Source: Eledone cirrhosa
Taxonomy: Eukaryota
Assembly (NCBI GenBank): GCA_964016885.1
Contig: OZ024741.1
Span: 106,888,001-106,952,000, forward strand
DNA: 64,000 nucleotides
Direction of reading: 5' to 3'
Below, one piece after another: positions 17,720-30,467 of the stretch (its first letter is position 1; each line of letters opens with the position of its first letter). Under the pieces are notes generated by a model. It made no database searches, was not told the origin of the DNA, and saw nothing but the letters and a program-made list of their open reading frames with translations. The translations under genes and the position numbers were made by a program.

Positions 17720-17955
17720 ATGTAGAAATCTCAAACGCAGAAAATAACTAACCACAATCCATTGATATAAATAATAGCTTAGAAAATCGGGTAAAATACC
17801 CTTTTAGCAGCTGCTACAAAGTGGTACAGAGCTCCTCGTAACGGCTGCCGACCAATTCCTCCTGTTTGATAAAGGGATCTTATCAGATTTTCTATGCTAC
17901 TATTTATAGCAATCGATTGTGGTTACAGTTACTTTCTGCCTTTGAGGTTTCTGTA
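17720..17955. repeat. Degenerate inverted repeat (MITE-like), about 85-bp arms
   Basis: agaaatctcaaacgcagaaaataactaaccacaatc...taccctttt mirrored by aaagggat...gattgtggttacagttactttctgcctttgaggtttct. Confidence 0.55.
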
Positions 17956-18290
17956 TTTTTTATTTTAGTTTTATATACAAACCCTATTTACACTTGATAA
18001 AGAAAAAGAACTCCAAGCATCTTTCATATTTCCACTTGTTTCTCGGCCTTAAACGAAAAATAAAAAATCCTGTACCCAATAAGCGGACTATCTTAATTTT
18101 ATTGTCGTTTGTTATGGTTTCTAATAAACACACGGACACACGTATTCTTGGGAGTAGGGTTTCAATCGGTTTAGTTGAGTTGAATACTTCATCACAACTT
18201 CTTTTACCCCCCCCCCCCCCGAGATAACTGCTACAGATGAACATAGTGATATTTTTGAATTCAGAATGTAAAGAGACGTAACTGAATATC

Positions 18291-18435
18291 ACAAGGAACT
18301 CTTGTGCGTCGCTCTGTCGGTTCTGTCATCCATAGTTCGTAAGGAGCTATTGTGTGTCGCTCTGTCGGTTCTGTCATCCATAGTTCACAAGGAACTATTG
18401 TACGTCGCTCTGTCGGCCCTGTCATAAATAGTTCG
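18291..18435. repeat. 48-bp minisatellite, 3 copies
   Basis: aaggaactcttgtgcgtcgctctgtcggttctgtcatccatagttc repeated three times with variation. Confidence 0.9.
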
Positions 18436-19589
18436 CTGTAGTTACATTATGTCGCCGATTTTTCTTAAACGTAAATTTTGGCCCAGTTGGCTTTCCATAT
18501 ATTATCTGTGCAAGCTCGATAAAATAAACAATAGCTAAGCGAGTAAAAGAGGATACTTTTATTGTATTTCTATATATTTGTTTTTATAATGATAACACGG
18601 GGAATATTCACCAACGAATTAACGTTGGAACAGCACAATCCTCCTCCTATGTGTTAAGACATTTGTATCAGCAAGGAAAAATAACCCGGAATAAGCATAT
18701 TTAAACACTGACAATGAGGACAGTTGGGATTATCAGCAATTACTGAGGTAATTCCTAAAAAATCCTCTACAAATCCGTTAGTCATTTGTCAAGCTCAACA
18801 TGGAATGTTCTGTTCATCCGTTTCTAGAATACTAAAATGAAAATAAAGAGTTTGTATTTGTATAAAAAGGGGAAACAGCAAGACAGAGATTTGGTTTCTC
18901 GTATAAAACATTCGGTTCAGTTTAATAGTAAAATAAATAAATAAATAAAAGAGAAGAAGGGAGGTAGGAAGAAACGACCCCTTTATAATATTGAACCCAG
19001 AATTGAAGTCTTCCCATAGAAATAATAATAATAGTAACAAGTATTTTGTTTTCTTACACCAAAAGACGGGAGAGATCGGGAGCATAAAAATAATATAGAT
19101 AGATAGAACTCGTTAGGCCTAGTTGGCATTTTTTCTTGGATAAGGATCACATTGATTTCAAAACTGGAGAGTTGGAAGGAGACTAGACTAGACAGTGGTT
19201 AAAATCAGAGGTTTGATTCTCGGTCTGGGTGGAATGCTGAGTCACTGAACAAGACATTTCATTTCATTTTGCTTCAATTCACGCTTCGAATGAGTTTTAT
19301 GGGCTAAGCTTGTGATGAGCTGGCAACCCATCTAGTAGTCTAGAGGACTAGACTACCGGTTTGATGAGCCTCTAGGCTTGGGCATACTTGAATTTAACTT
19401 TTTTAACTATAACAATGTGCAACATCAATTTTAAGAGACAGATGGAGGAATGATCATAAGAATGGACTCCGATATATTGACGTATTCGGGGAGATTCCCC
19501 GAGAAGACTGTTCTTCAAACCCGTCCTGCATACCACGATATATGTATCACTTCTTTACTGTTCCATCAATAACGTGGGTATAAGTGAGC

Positions 19590-19835
19590 GTGAGAAGAAT
19601 ATGGTCTACAAGGTCACATGGAGACGATGTGTTTCTCCTTAGAATGGAAGTACTTCCCGGGTGTTACACATACGGATCACGGAGCATATAACCACAAGAG
19701 CTTCTTCTGTCAAAAGGCATCGAGACGTCGAGTTCTCCATAGAGACGACAGAGAGCAATGAGGAGAATTTAAGAATTAAGGAAGCGTTTATTCTAAACAT
19801 AGAAACAACTAATGAACAATAGAACGGAGCTATAT
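19590..19835 (+). pseudogene. Degenerate GIY-YIG endonuclease of a Penelope-like element (not in the ORF track)
   Basis: Manual translation from 19601: MVYKVTWRRCVSP*NGSTSRVLHIRITEHITTRASSVKRH...NLRIKEAFIL, then frameshifted MNNRTEL; matches the VY..C..(YIG).T.R.L..R..EH...R..KEA..I...N pattern. Confidence 0.7.
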
Positions 19836-21251
19836 GGAGTAGAGTAACTTTTATGACTACTCCACGCATGCGCAATCAACACACACAACATTGGAAAGGT
19901 CCGTTAGTGGAGGACGCATCGGTTTTCGTTTTATATTTGAAAAGAAGGTATTTAACTTAAATATTATGATGAAATATATTGGGTAAAAAAACATTATTTT
20001 GTTTTGTTTTATCTGTTATCCTTTACCCCAACACCAAATTTATGTATATATTTTTACCGCACTTTATTAGTTTTCTAAAGTTCTTATCACGTATTATATA
20101 TCGCAGAATGTCTCATGTTAACTATACTGCTTTATATATATATATTTCAAGGAGACAACAAACAGAGATACAAAAAGTCTTATTAGTTTCACGCTTTAAA
20201 TGAAAATGAGGAAAGAAAGTTCGACGTGTCGGGTTTTAGCCCTTCTTCATGAGTACAAAAATAGAGACAGGATCACAAAGGAGATACAGAAAAAAGGTAG
20301 TCTTAGTAAAGAAACAAAATCGAAAATAAAGAGTGTAAACAAGACAAACCGTTTGGTAGTCTTGGTAACTATTTGGAACACAGAGTGAAGTGTGTGTGTA
20401 TTAGTGTCGATATTATGTGTGAGTGTAAGTGTATGTTTAAACGTGTATGTTTTTAAAAGATATATTGTGTAGTTTCAAAGTTAGTGTGTGTTATGCGTAT
20501 ATCCGTGTGGTACGTGGTAGTGGACTTGTGAGTGAATGGAAGTTTGAAATATGTGTACAGTATATGTGCGCTGAAGTTATTTTGTGTGTGCGTAACGTAT
20601 CTGGCAGTGTTAACGTATGTCCGTGAGATGTGTGGATTTATATGTGTGAGTGTATGATTAAATTTTAACGTGTGTATGTTGAAGTTTATATTGTGTACGT
20701 GTAAAGTATCTAACTGTGATTTGTATGGAAGCGTGTATTAATGAGTTTGTGACATAGGATAAAGGAAGTATGTTTAGTGTGTGTTAGAGAGTATTTGACA
20801 GAGCAAACTAAAGAAATATATATATATTTCAGACCTAAATATAATTTTGAAAAATGAAGCTCTACAAATTATACCTTTTAGCCTATATAGTATTTGAACT
20901 ATTTAAGGTGTAATATGATTTAATAATAGTAATAGTTTTATATTAGTCTATTCTTATATTATTACTACTTCCTTTAATTAATTAATCTAGATAGAGTTGT
21001 TTTTATTTAGAGGTTTTGTGAATCTAATTCTAGTTTCCCTTTTAACCTCTGGCTTTTGACGTCAGACCTACTGTTTTAAAGCTAAAAGTATATAGAATTT
21101 TATTTATAACATTACTGTGTCTTTTTGCTGTCTCGACGTGTAAAAACACAACGTATTTCACTTGAATTTTCTTGTAAAAGCCATAAGGTATATTTTAAGA
21201 CTATGCTTACTGATTGCAGTGCTTACTTTTAATATACTGTAAAATTTTACA

Positions 21252-21790
21252 TCAGGTCGAGCTTGCTCGGCTTTCTGCAACACGTTTCCTCCATCCATCT
21301 CTGTCTCTCATAGCATTTGCCAGTTCTTCCGCAGTGCATCCAGTATCGTCCTCAAGTTGCTTGAGGTATGTCTTCTTGGGACGACCAGCGTTTCTTGCTC
21401 CATGAGATGGACTCCATAACAACACATCACCTGCTATTTCTTCCTTGCTGCGCCAACAGTGGCCAGCAAATCTAAGTCCCTGTTCACGTATTGGCCTGCT
21501 GAACATGATGTTAACATCAGACTGGGAACATGATGTTAACATCAGACTGGGAAAAGCCTGGAGAGCATTGAATGCAATGGAAAAGATATGGAAATCAAAC
21601 CAGCCGGCCAAACTGAAAAGGAATTTCTTCCGAGCTGCTGTGGAATCTGTGCTTGTTTATGGCTCTATCACTTGGACGCTAACGTCGAAACTGGAGAAAA
21701 AGCTAGACGGGGCATACACACGTATGCTCCGCGCTGCTTTAAACGTGTCTTGGAGGGAACACCCAACAAATAAGGATCTCTATGGCAAAT
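21252..21790. mobile_element. RTE-clade LINE 3' fragment with 5' inversion (21252-21500 minus, 21501-21790 plus)
   Basis: Plus part DVNIRLGKAWRALNAMEKIWKS...FRAAVESVLVYGSITWTLT...DGAYTRMLRAALNVSW...DLYGK; minus part LRFAGHCWRS...LLWSPSHG..GRPKKTY...MRDRDGWR; flanks aaaattttac/aaatttttac are a probable TSD. Confidence 0.9.
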
Positions 21791-21908
21791 TTTTACACCT
21801 AAATATAATTTTGGAAAAATGAAACAAATTATAGCCTATATAGTATTTGAGCTATTTAAGGTGTAATATGACTGAATAGTTTTATTTTAGTCTATTCTTA
21901 TATATATA

Positions 21909-22195
21909 CAGTGTACCCCCGATATTCGCGGCCCCGGTTATTCGTGGAATTTTCCTTAGAACCTAACTAATAATTGTTCGTGGCAACCATCGCATATTCG
22001 CGGAATCGTGAATAATTTCCACGATTTTTTAATGGCGTTTTTCGTGGCAATATAGATATTCTTTCACGCTTTTTAACGCTAAATTATTAATAAAAATACA
22101 CCGTATTTGCTGGCCTATATTTTACGTTATGTTTTGACGTCCAATATTCGCGTGTGCTCTAGGAACGTAACCCCGCGAATACCAGGGGACAACTG
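21909..22195. mobile_element. Tc1/mariner-superfamily (Tigger/pogo-like) MITE
   Basis: TIRs cagtgtaccccccgatattcgcgg / ccgcgaataccaggggacaactg, flanked by TA. Confidence 0.8.
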
Positions 22196-22603
22196 TATAT
22201 ATATATACATGATAGCTGCAACTCGATTTAGTCGCCGGTTGTACTGGGTTACATGTTACAAGTAGCGCTGAAGAGCGACCTGACATAATATATATAGACA
22301 CATAGACACAAGCAGACACACACATACATACACATATATATGCAGTATATATATTTTCTTCTTTTTCTTCTTCGTCTTAGTTTCTCTCTTACTCTTTCTT
22401 TCTCTCCCTTGGTTTATATCTTTAACAATAGGTGACCCATTTCTACTCATTCTCTATTGTTGTACTGACTGTGTGTCACACCACTACTCTCTTCCATTAT
22501 ATAGCTGGCAGAATATACAGTGCTTTGTCTCAAAATATATATTTTCCGTTTCTTCCTCTTCTCACTCCCTACCTTTCTCTTTCATCTTTTATTTCTCATT
22601 CTA

Positions 22604-22639
22604 TCTTCTGATGAATGACTAATGTCCGAAACGTAAAAC
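22604..22639 (+). ncRNA. Minimal PLE-type HHR (degenerate stem I)
   Basis: tctt CTGATGA atgac-taat-gtcc GAAA cg TA aaac; upstream ttatttctcattct is shared with the PLE HHR at 40532-40567. Confidence 0.6.
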
Positions 22640-22878
22640 CACGTTTCGTACAATATCAAGCATTAAACTAATATATTTTTCGTTGTGCTGTGTTGTTTGC
22701 TTCACTGTTTCCGTTTACGTTTTGCGCACGCACACACACACACACCCATACACACACACACACACACACGCACACATACATATCCTCTACGTCTGCTTAT
22801 TAACGCCAGTCTACACCTCTCACTTTTTCTCTCTAACAATTGGAGTGCCAAATTCTCTCTGCCCGCTCTCTCACTCTC

Positions 22879-23024
<146 letters not shown>

Positions 23025-23279
23025 AATATATATAATATAAAGAGTGATGTGCCCATGCACGGAGATGCTATGAAATAACTTATAAAATAGGGTGCAGACC
23101 CTTAAGGATGGAAAAAGAAGTTGCCATCGGCCGCTAGGAACCAACTTCTTTTTACGGCTTTCGCACTACTTCATAAGCTATTTTATAGTATCCTCGTGCA
23201 TGAACAAACGACCCTATATATTAATTTTATCCCCTCAGCGCTTCGTTACAATCCGAGTTATCGGCTACTTATATACGAT

Positions 23280-23418
<139 letters not shown>

Positions 23419-24019
23419 TATATATATATGTATATATATATATGTATATATATATAATGTGTGTATCTATGTATATATATTTATATATATATATATATAT
23501 GAATGTATGTATGTATATATATATATATGCCTGCATACATACACACACACGTATATATATATATATATGTGTATATGTGTGTGTGTGTATGTGTGTATGT
23601 GTACCAACTCTCACACTCTCTATTTGTATCATGATGTAATCCGCAGTCATTCTTTCACTTTATCTCTCTTTCTCTCTCACCCTCTCTCTCATCCTCACTC
23701 TCTCTCACTCTCTGTCTTTTCCGTATCTCCTCTCTCTCCAAACCCTCCCTCGTATTCTATCATTCCCAACATATCCAACGTTATACTCTTTATTTTGTTC
23801 ATTAAAAAAACCTACAACAACAAACTATTCTATTCATTTGAAGATATAATCAAATTTCCAGTGATGCTGTTTGTGTCGTGTGGAAGTGACCATGATTTAT
23901 CACTTCCGGTTCATGATTAAGGGATTGTGGGTCCTACGACAAATTGCATGGCTAATTCAAACTAAATAACTCACAACAACACGCATGCTTCATCTCCCAC
24001 GACAATGCCGACCTTTAAT

Positions 24020-24580
24020 CCATCCATCCATCCATCCCGCCATTCCGCCGTCCAATCATGCCACTATTAACCAGCCAGTTATCCATCTAGCCATCTTGTC
24101 ATCTCTCCTTTTATACAATCATCCAGCCAACCAGTCGACCAGCAAAGATGCAAACCAGCCAGTCAACCAACCAACCAGCCAACCAGCCAACCAGCCAGTC
24201 AACCAACAATCCTGCCAACATGTCAGCCAGTCAGCCATCCAGCAATCCTGCCAACAAGCCAACCAGCCAACCAACAACGAGGCATACCAGACAGCCAGCC
24301 AACCATCCAACCAGCCAACCAGCCAGGTAACCAGCCAGCCAACCAGTCAACCAACTATCCTGCCAACCAGCCACGCTTCTATCTATCTTCCAATAAGCCA
24401 ACCAGCCAACCAGCAACGAGGCAAACCAGACAGCCAGTCAACCACCCAACCAGCCAGTTAACTACCCAGCCAGCCAGTCAACCAACAATCCCGCCAACCA
24501 GTCAGGCAGTCAGCCATCCAGCCAAACAACCTGCCAGCCAGACCAGCCAACCAACCAGTCAAACCCTCTGCGAGCCAGCC
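24020..24580. repeat. Degenerate (CCAA/CCAG)n tetranucleotide tract
   Basis: Seen directly; explains the QPAS-rich ORFs. Confidence 0.9.
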
Positions 24581-24954
24581 AGTTAAGGAGCTACAACGAA
24601 GTGGGAACACAAGTCAACGCGAGATGATCGCTGTTGTTACTATTTCTGCTTTCAATGGATATCTTTAGTGGAGTCCACTCTGTTGCTTGCAAGGTTTCCA
24701 GTATGAAGATGGAATATGCTGGCATTGTCAGAATGCTGGAGGTGCTCATGAACCTCTTTTCAAAGGCTCCGAGATTGGTGGTATTTAGAGGTATTTGAAA
24801 GAATTGTGATAATATAAAAAATTGATATCTAAAAGCTCAAATAATGCGTATAAAAAATTAAAATGTAACGTTTAATTCAAAATGTTAAGTCTTGAAAGAC
24901 TTTCATTAGCTATATTTGTTTCGTTTTTTCTCCACGCCAGGATATTTTAATGTT

Positions 24955-25545
24955 GGGGTGGTGGATTGGCAGTATCGGTAGAGGGTCAGACGCCATGCTT
25001 TGTAGCACGGTTACGTCCCTTTACGAACTGAGTTCAAATCCCGCCGTGGTTAACTTTGCCTTTCCTCCTTACGGGGTCAATAAAATAAAGTACCAGTGAT
25101 GTACTGGGTATTTGCTGGCCTTGTGCCAAAAGTAGAAACAATTATTATCTAGAGCGTCAGACACCATGCTTTGCAACATAGAGTTATGGCCCTTTGCGTT
25201 CTGAGTTCAAGTCCCACCGAGGATAACTTTACCTTTCATCCATATGGGGTCGATAAAATAAAGCACTGGTAATGCACTGGGGTAATTGCTGGCCTTGTGC
25301 CAAAAGTAGAAACAATTATTATTATTATTCATTGGCAGAATCGGTAGAGCGTCGGCCAACGTGTTTTATAACATAGGGATACGTCCCTTTACCATCTAAC
25401 TTCAAATCCTGTCGAGGTTAGTTTTGCCTTTCCTCCTTATGAGGTCGATAAAATAAAGTACCAGTAATGCAATGGGGCGATTTAATCAACTTTCCCCTTC
25501 TCCAAAATTGTTGGCCTTGTGTCTAAATCAGAAACCATTATTATT
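24955..25545 (+). mobile_element. Three head-to-tail copies of SINE family 1
   Basis: Copies at about 24955-25147, 25150-25325 and 25333-25545, each with B-box (g/c)ttcaa(a/g)tcc, core ggtc(g/a)ataaaataaag and (ATT)n tail. Confidence 0.85.
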
Positions 25546-26299
25546 ATTATTTTTATTATTATTTTTTTTTTCGGTCATCATTGGGTTAAAATTAGTACTT
25601 CATTGGTGCAGTAGATTGTAAGATACTAGAACAGAGACTTAAGCAAGCAACCAATAAAGAAAAGAAACGCGATAAAAAGAGAACCACCGAAGTATTTGGT
25701 GGTCGGATATGTTGCAGAAAAGGAATGGTGGTAGTGGGTACAAAACAACAGTAACAACGATGACGACAGCAACAATAACAACGACGACAACACAATGTCA
25801 TTAATGTTTGATGAAATATTAAGAGTTTCAAATTACAGGCCATCAACGAGTCCGTGTAATACATGAAACCGAATCCATAATGAAACATAGGAGGCGGTCG
25901 GAAGTTGAGTAATTAAATCACATGTAGTAATTACAGCACAACACATTATGTCCTGAGTTTATCACCTACAGTGGTAGTGATGGTAGTGGTGATGGTAGTA
26001 AGGATGGTATTAAGCATGGCAGCGGTGTGTCGAGATATGGACAGGGTTGTTGTAAGTGTGTATATGCCATTTGTAAGTCGGATGATAAACGACGATCTCA
26101 ACGCAGTAAACAAACGATAAACAATAAATATTTACTACAATAAAAAATATAAAGAATATAAACAACACAGCAAAGCTATACGTCACTTAGTTGTGTTGGA
26201 TTGACGACGTATTTGACATATGGAAAGAAAAATCACAGACACTGTCCGACACAAAGAAACACACAGAGAAAGACACAGACATACAAAGGTACACATACA

Positions 26300-26625
26300 C
26301 ACACACGTACACACACAGGGAGATAAATATACAGACATAAAGAGACCCCCCCCCCTCACACACACACACACACACAAATATACAGGCATAAAGAGACACC
26401 CACATACACACATACATACACACACACACACACATATACAGACAAATATACAGACATAAAGAGACACCCACATACACACATACACACACACACACACACA
26501 CAGACAAATATACAGGCGTAAAGAGACACCCACATACACACATACACACATACATACACACACATACACACACACACACACACATACATACAGACAAATA
26601 TACAGGCATAAAGAGACACCCACAT
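26300..26625. repeat. Approximately 60-75 bp CA-rich minisatellite
   Basis: aaatatacag(a/g)cataaagagacaccc recurs five times. Confidence 0.85.
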
Positions 26626-27182
26626 AAAAACACAAGTATGGAAAATCTTACACACAAACATACTCACACATACCCACAGGCACACACAGGAACACTGACA
26701 CACAGAGGCACACACAGATACACACATTCACACATATTCACACACACACAGATAAAGATACACACATTCACACACATTCACACATATTCACACACACACA
26801 CAGATGTACACACACGTACACTCACACATATATATACACAAGCTCTATTCAATGTACAATGATATTATACACCATTAAAATATAATAGTTCTCTTATTTC
26901 ACTTGCAATGTTTTTCCCTTCCCTTCCTCCTCCCTTTCTTCCTCCTTCCCCTCTTCCTGATCCTCCTTCTCTTCCTCCTCCTGCGTAACCTCCCTTTCCT
27001 CCTGCTCCTCTAACTCATCTCCCTCCAATTTACACACCTCCTTCATCAATAAACCACCCCACACAACTATCCCCATCACACTACCACCACTAACATCTCC
27101 TTACCACAACTCCACCGCTACTAACACCCCTCACCATCATACCTACACTTCTACCCCCCCCCCCCCCCCCCTCCACCGTCAC

Positions 27183-27257
27183 CTGAATAGATAAACTGAT
27201 TCTTTGTTCTTGGACTTTCTTTGACCAGAATCGACTTTTCACGCCATCTGGTGAGAA
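27183..27257 (-). CDS. Candidate 75-nt host exon
   Basis: Strong acceptor (ct)n-gttttccgtag, donor CAG|gtgacg; open in phase 0 and phase 1 but not phase 2. Confidence 0.3.
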
Positions 27258-27263
27258 CTACGG

Positions 27264-27330
<67 letters not shown>

Positions 27331-28408
27331 AGAGAGAGAGAGAAACACACACACACAAACACAACATGAACACACAAACACACATACATACGCTCAAAAC
27401 AATACAAACATATACATTCACAAACACGCAAACAAGCACACATGCACACATAAATGTGTACACATATACACAAATGCAAAGACACACACTCATACACAAA
27501 CAAACACATACACAAATATAGATAAATATAATGTTAACATAGGAATACATTTATTCTGTGGGGGAAAAGAGAGACGTCAAATTATCAGTCTCTAATGTAA
27601 TAAGTTATAAACCTATGGCCTCATGGGTAAGAGACATTAGCTCTCCAGACCGATTCCACTATGTGACATCTTGACGCACGTGTCGTTCACCTTACCCACA
27701 GGTCGATTCATACTTTGGGGGCAGGCGGGGGGGGGGGGGGGGGCTATTTATTAGACGGAAATTGACTGGAAGTCCGTTGCATAGCATGAACTATACATGT
27801 AATTCAAAGGGCTAGCCTTGTTACACACTGTGTCACGCAGAATCTCCCTGAGAATTATGCAATAGGTAAACGTATGTAAAACGTATATATATATATATAT
27901 ATATAACAAAGAGGGTGTGGTAAGATACCAAGTGGACCATAACGCACCTGAGTACTCAATACTTAAGGTAGTGGAGTGGATCTAGCTGTCGAAACGGCCG
28001 GAGCTCAGCTGTCGGGGTCCTGACTCATTCCCTATATATATATATATATAGAAGTGGTTACACAACAGTTAGTTCACCATACTGAGAGCAATTGTTTCAC
28101 CTTCGCGGATCTTCAGCTCGGGATGTGTATGGTTATAGGAACAGGAAGGACATCCGTACGAACGCGCATACGCATAAACTCGGTCACTTCACACAGGCAA
28201 TACTAGACTGCGTGCGGGGTGGGTGTAAGGGAGATAACTGCGAAAGTCCGGAAAGTTTTTTGGTTGTAAAAAAAAAAAAAAAATTAAAAATAAAATTACA
28301 AAGAATCAGTCCGGAGCCCTGTAGTTATGCAATAGATGTTTGGTGACGTGTGGACAACGTGTGAAAAATTCACTCCTCGTGTTTAGGCAATCACTATTGC
28401 GTAATATA

Positions 28409-28666
28409 TAGAAGTGGTTACACAACAGTTAGTTCACCATACCGAGAACAACTGTTTCACCTTAGCGGATCCTCAGCTCGGAATGGGCATGGTTATAGGA
28501 ACAGGTTGTTCCTATAACCATGCCCATTCTGAGATGAGGATCCGCTAAGGTGAAACAAATGTTCTCGGTATGGTGAACTAACTGTTGTGTAACCACTTCT
28601 ACCTAACTCGTTCATTGGACTGAGTGTTCTACCACTACGGATATTACCTTCCAGTGTTCCACCACT
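28409..28666. mobile_element. HHR fold-back element (palindrome 28409-28601 plus tail); further arm at 28049-28146
   Basis: Same family as 29173-29430; the right-arm core is mutated to ATGAGGA. Confidence 0.8.
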
Positions 28667-28679
28667 ATATATATATATA

Positions 28680-29135
28680 AGTAGTAGAGGTGCAATTGGA
28701 TTGCGTTTACAGGCGGTATGCCAAGATGAGCACTCGATGCTATTGGGGAGCAGAATATCAATAATAATAAATAGGGAACAAAGAATCAGTATTGCATCAT
28801 ATACATATTCAATTACACATTACATGTGTTTCACTGCCAACCAACGAGTTACAGAAAACGTTGTTGAATTCTAGGTCGCCTACCCCCAGAGTTATGACCA
28901 AACAGAATTTAACATAATAAAATCGACGATGACACATTTCTTCTAACAAAATCTGTGGCAACCCAAAATAACAAATCGGGTGTTTAACAATTCAGCAAAA
29001 TTTGGACGTGAGAACACATATCTGAGTAGTTTCCGATTCCAGAGTCAGGAACGAACACAAGTGATCGTTCCTCGAGCTGATCGGCAGTGAAACATATGTA
29101 ATATGCAATTAGATATGTATATGATGCAATACTGA

Positions 29136-29140
<5 letters not shown>
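28680..29140. mobile_element. Older PLE-type inverted element with degenerate HHR at 29017-29105 (+)
   Basis: Arms at about 28782-28838 and 29083-29139; catat CTGAGTA gtttccgat...atcggcagt GAAA catatg TA atatg. Confidence 0.55.
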
Positions 29141-29172
<32 letters not shown>

Positions 29173-29174
<2 letters not shown>

Positions 29175-29430
29175 GAAGTGGTTACACAACAGTTAGTTCA
29201 CCATACCGAGAACAATTGTTTCACCTTAGCGGATCCTCAGCTCGGAATGGGCATGGCTATAGGAACAGCCTGTTCCTATAACCATGCCCATTCCGAGCTG
29301 AGGATCCGCTAAGGTGAAACAATTGTTCTCGGTATGGTGAACTAACTGTTGTGTAACCACTTCTACCTAACTCGTCCATTGGACTGAGTGCTCTACCACT
29401 ACGGATATTACCTTCCAGTGTTCCACCACT
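29173..29430. mobile_element. HHR fold-back element: 193-bp near-perfect palindrome (29173-29365) plus 65-bp tail, in (TA)n
   Basis: Centre 29269; HHR in both arms. Confidence 0.85.
29293..29332 (+). ncRNA. Minimal type I HHR (6 copies of this family in the window)
   Basis: ccgag CTGAGGA tccgctaaggt GAAA caattg TT ctcgg; the copy at 52395-52434 has CTGAAGA; stem II is only about 2 bp. Confidence 0.75.
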
Positions 29431-29454
29431 ATATATATATATATATCTAGGAAC

Positions 29455-29668
29455 GATCGACTTTCGTCAAATCGGACCGAGGGAACAATGTTTCCGTTGG
29501 TCTTTCCAATTGCTAATACTATCTATCGGTCGCAACTCCAGGTAGAAGGAGCAACGTGACATAAAGTGTCTTGCTCAAGGACATAACGCATCGCCTGGTC
29601 CAGGAATCGAACTCACAACCTTACGATTGCGAATCCAATTCTCTAACCACTCAGCCACACGCCTTCAC
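29455..29668 (-). mobile_element. tRNA-derived SINE family 2
   Basis: Minus strand gtgtggctgagtggttagag (A-box)...gagttcgattcc (B-box)...ccttgagcaagacacttt. Confidence 0.8.
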
Positions 29669-29677
29669 TATATATAT

Positions 29678-29988
29678 ATAACGAAGGAAGTGTGGTAAGG
29701 AACCAGATGGACCATAACGCATCAGAATACTCAATACTTAGGATAGTAGGGTAGTAGAGTGGGTAATAGGAAATGTTTAACCCCGACGGCAGAGCTCAAG
29801 CCGTTTCGACGGCTATTTCTGGACGCCCGGATTAACTTATATATATATATATATGCAAAGTCAGGGCTCCGACGGCTCAGCTCGGCTGTCGGGGTCCTGA
29901 CTCTTTTCCTATTACCCACTTTACTATCCTAAGTATTGAGTACTCTGATGTGTTATGGTCCACCTGGTATCTTACTACACCCTCTTTG

Positions 29989-29992
<4 letters not shown>
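29678..29992. mobile_element. Two inverted copies of the 36313-36513 family, separated by (TA)n; another copy at 27903-28033
   Basis: gtggtaagga(a)ccagatggaccataacgca...ccccgacggc and its reverse complement. Confidence 0.7.
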
Positions 29993-30074
<82 letters not shown>

Positions 30075-30091
30075 ATATATATATATATATC

Positions 30092-30460
30092 GATCTATCT
30101 AAGGCGGGTAAAATTCCCGAGATCCATGGACGAGTTCTCTCCAGCAGTCTCTGTCCCTCATTATCGCTGCCATGTCCTGCGTCTCCAACAGACCAGTGTC
30201 TGTCCTTAGGGCATCAACATACGTTAACCTTGGTCTTCCTCTTCTAGTGTGTCCATGTAGGGGCTCCCACAGGAGCACTGAGTGCAATGTCAACTCTGGA
30301 TGTCGGTGAGCATGTCCAGCTAACCTCAATCTCCTCTGTGTCACTTTTGAGCTGACTTTTGGGATGCTCCCATACAGCTCTGAGTTTTTCATCCTCAGTG
30401 TATACTGATTAATGTTCAGAGCCATCCTCAACATTCTCGTGTAGCACCCATCCACCATCT
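30092..30460 (-). mobile_element. 5'-truncated RTE-clade LINE
   Basis: DGCYTRMLRMALNI...LYGSIPKVSSKVTQRRLRLAGHAHRH...[16 protein letters not shown]...MRDRDCWR. Confidence 0.9.
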
Positions 30461-30467
30461 GAGTGAG

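Noticed and set aside
18291-18435. CRISPR-like repeat array
   Set aside because: Contiguous 48-bp tandem with no unique spacers, in a eukaryotic context
20215-20255. Minus-strand ATGAAGA agggc-taaa-accc GACA cgtcga
   Set aside because: Probably a dead PLE HHR; both core halves are mutated, so it is not called as a feature
24955-25545. tRNA genes suggested by A/B boxes
   Set aside because: No cloverleaf; the boxes are SINE heads followed by a shared core and (ATT)n tails
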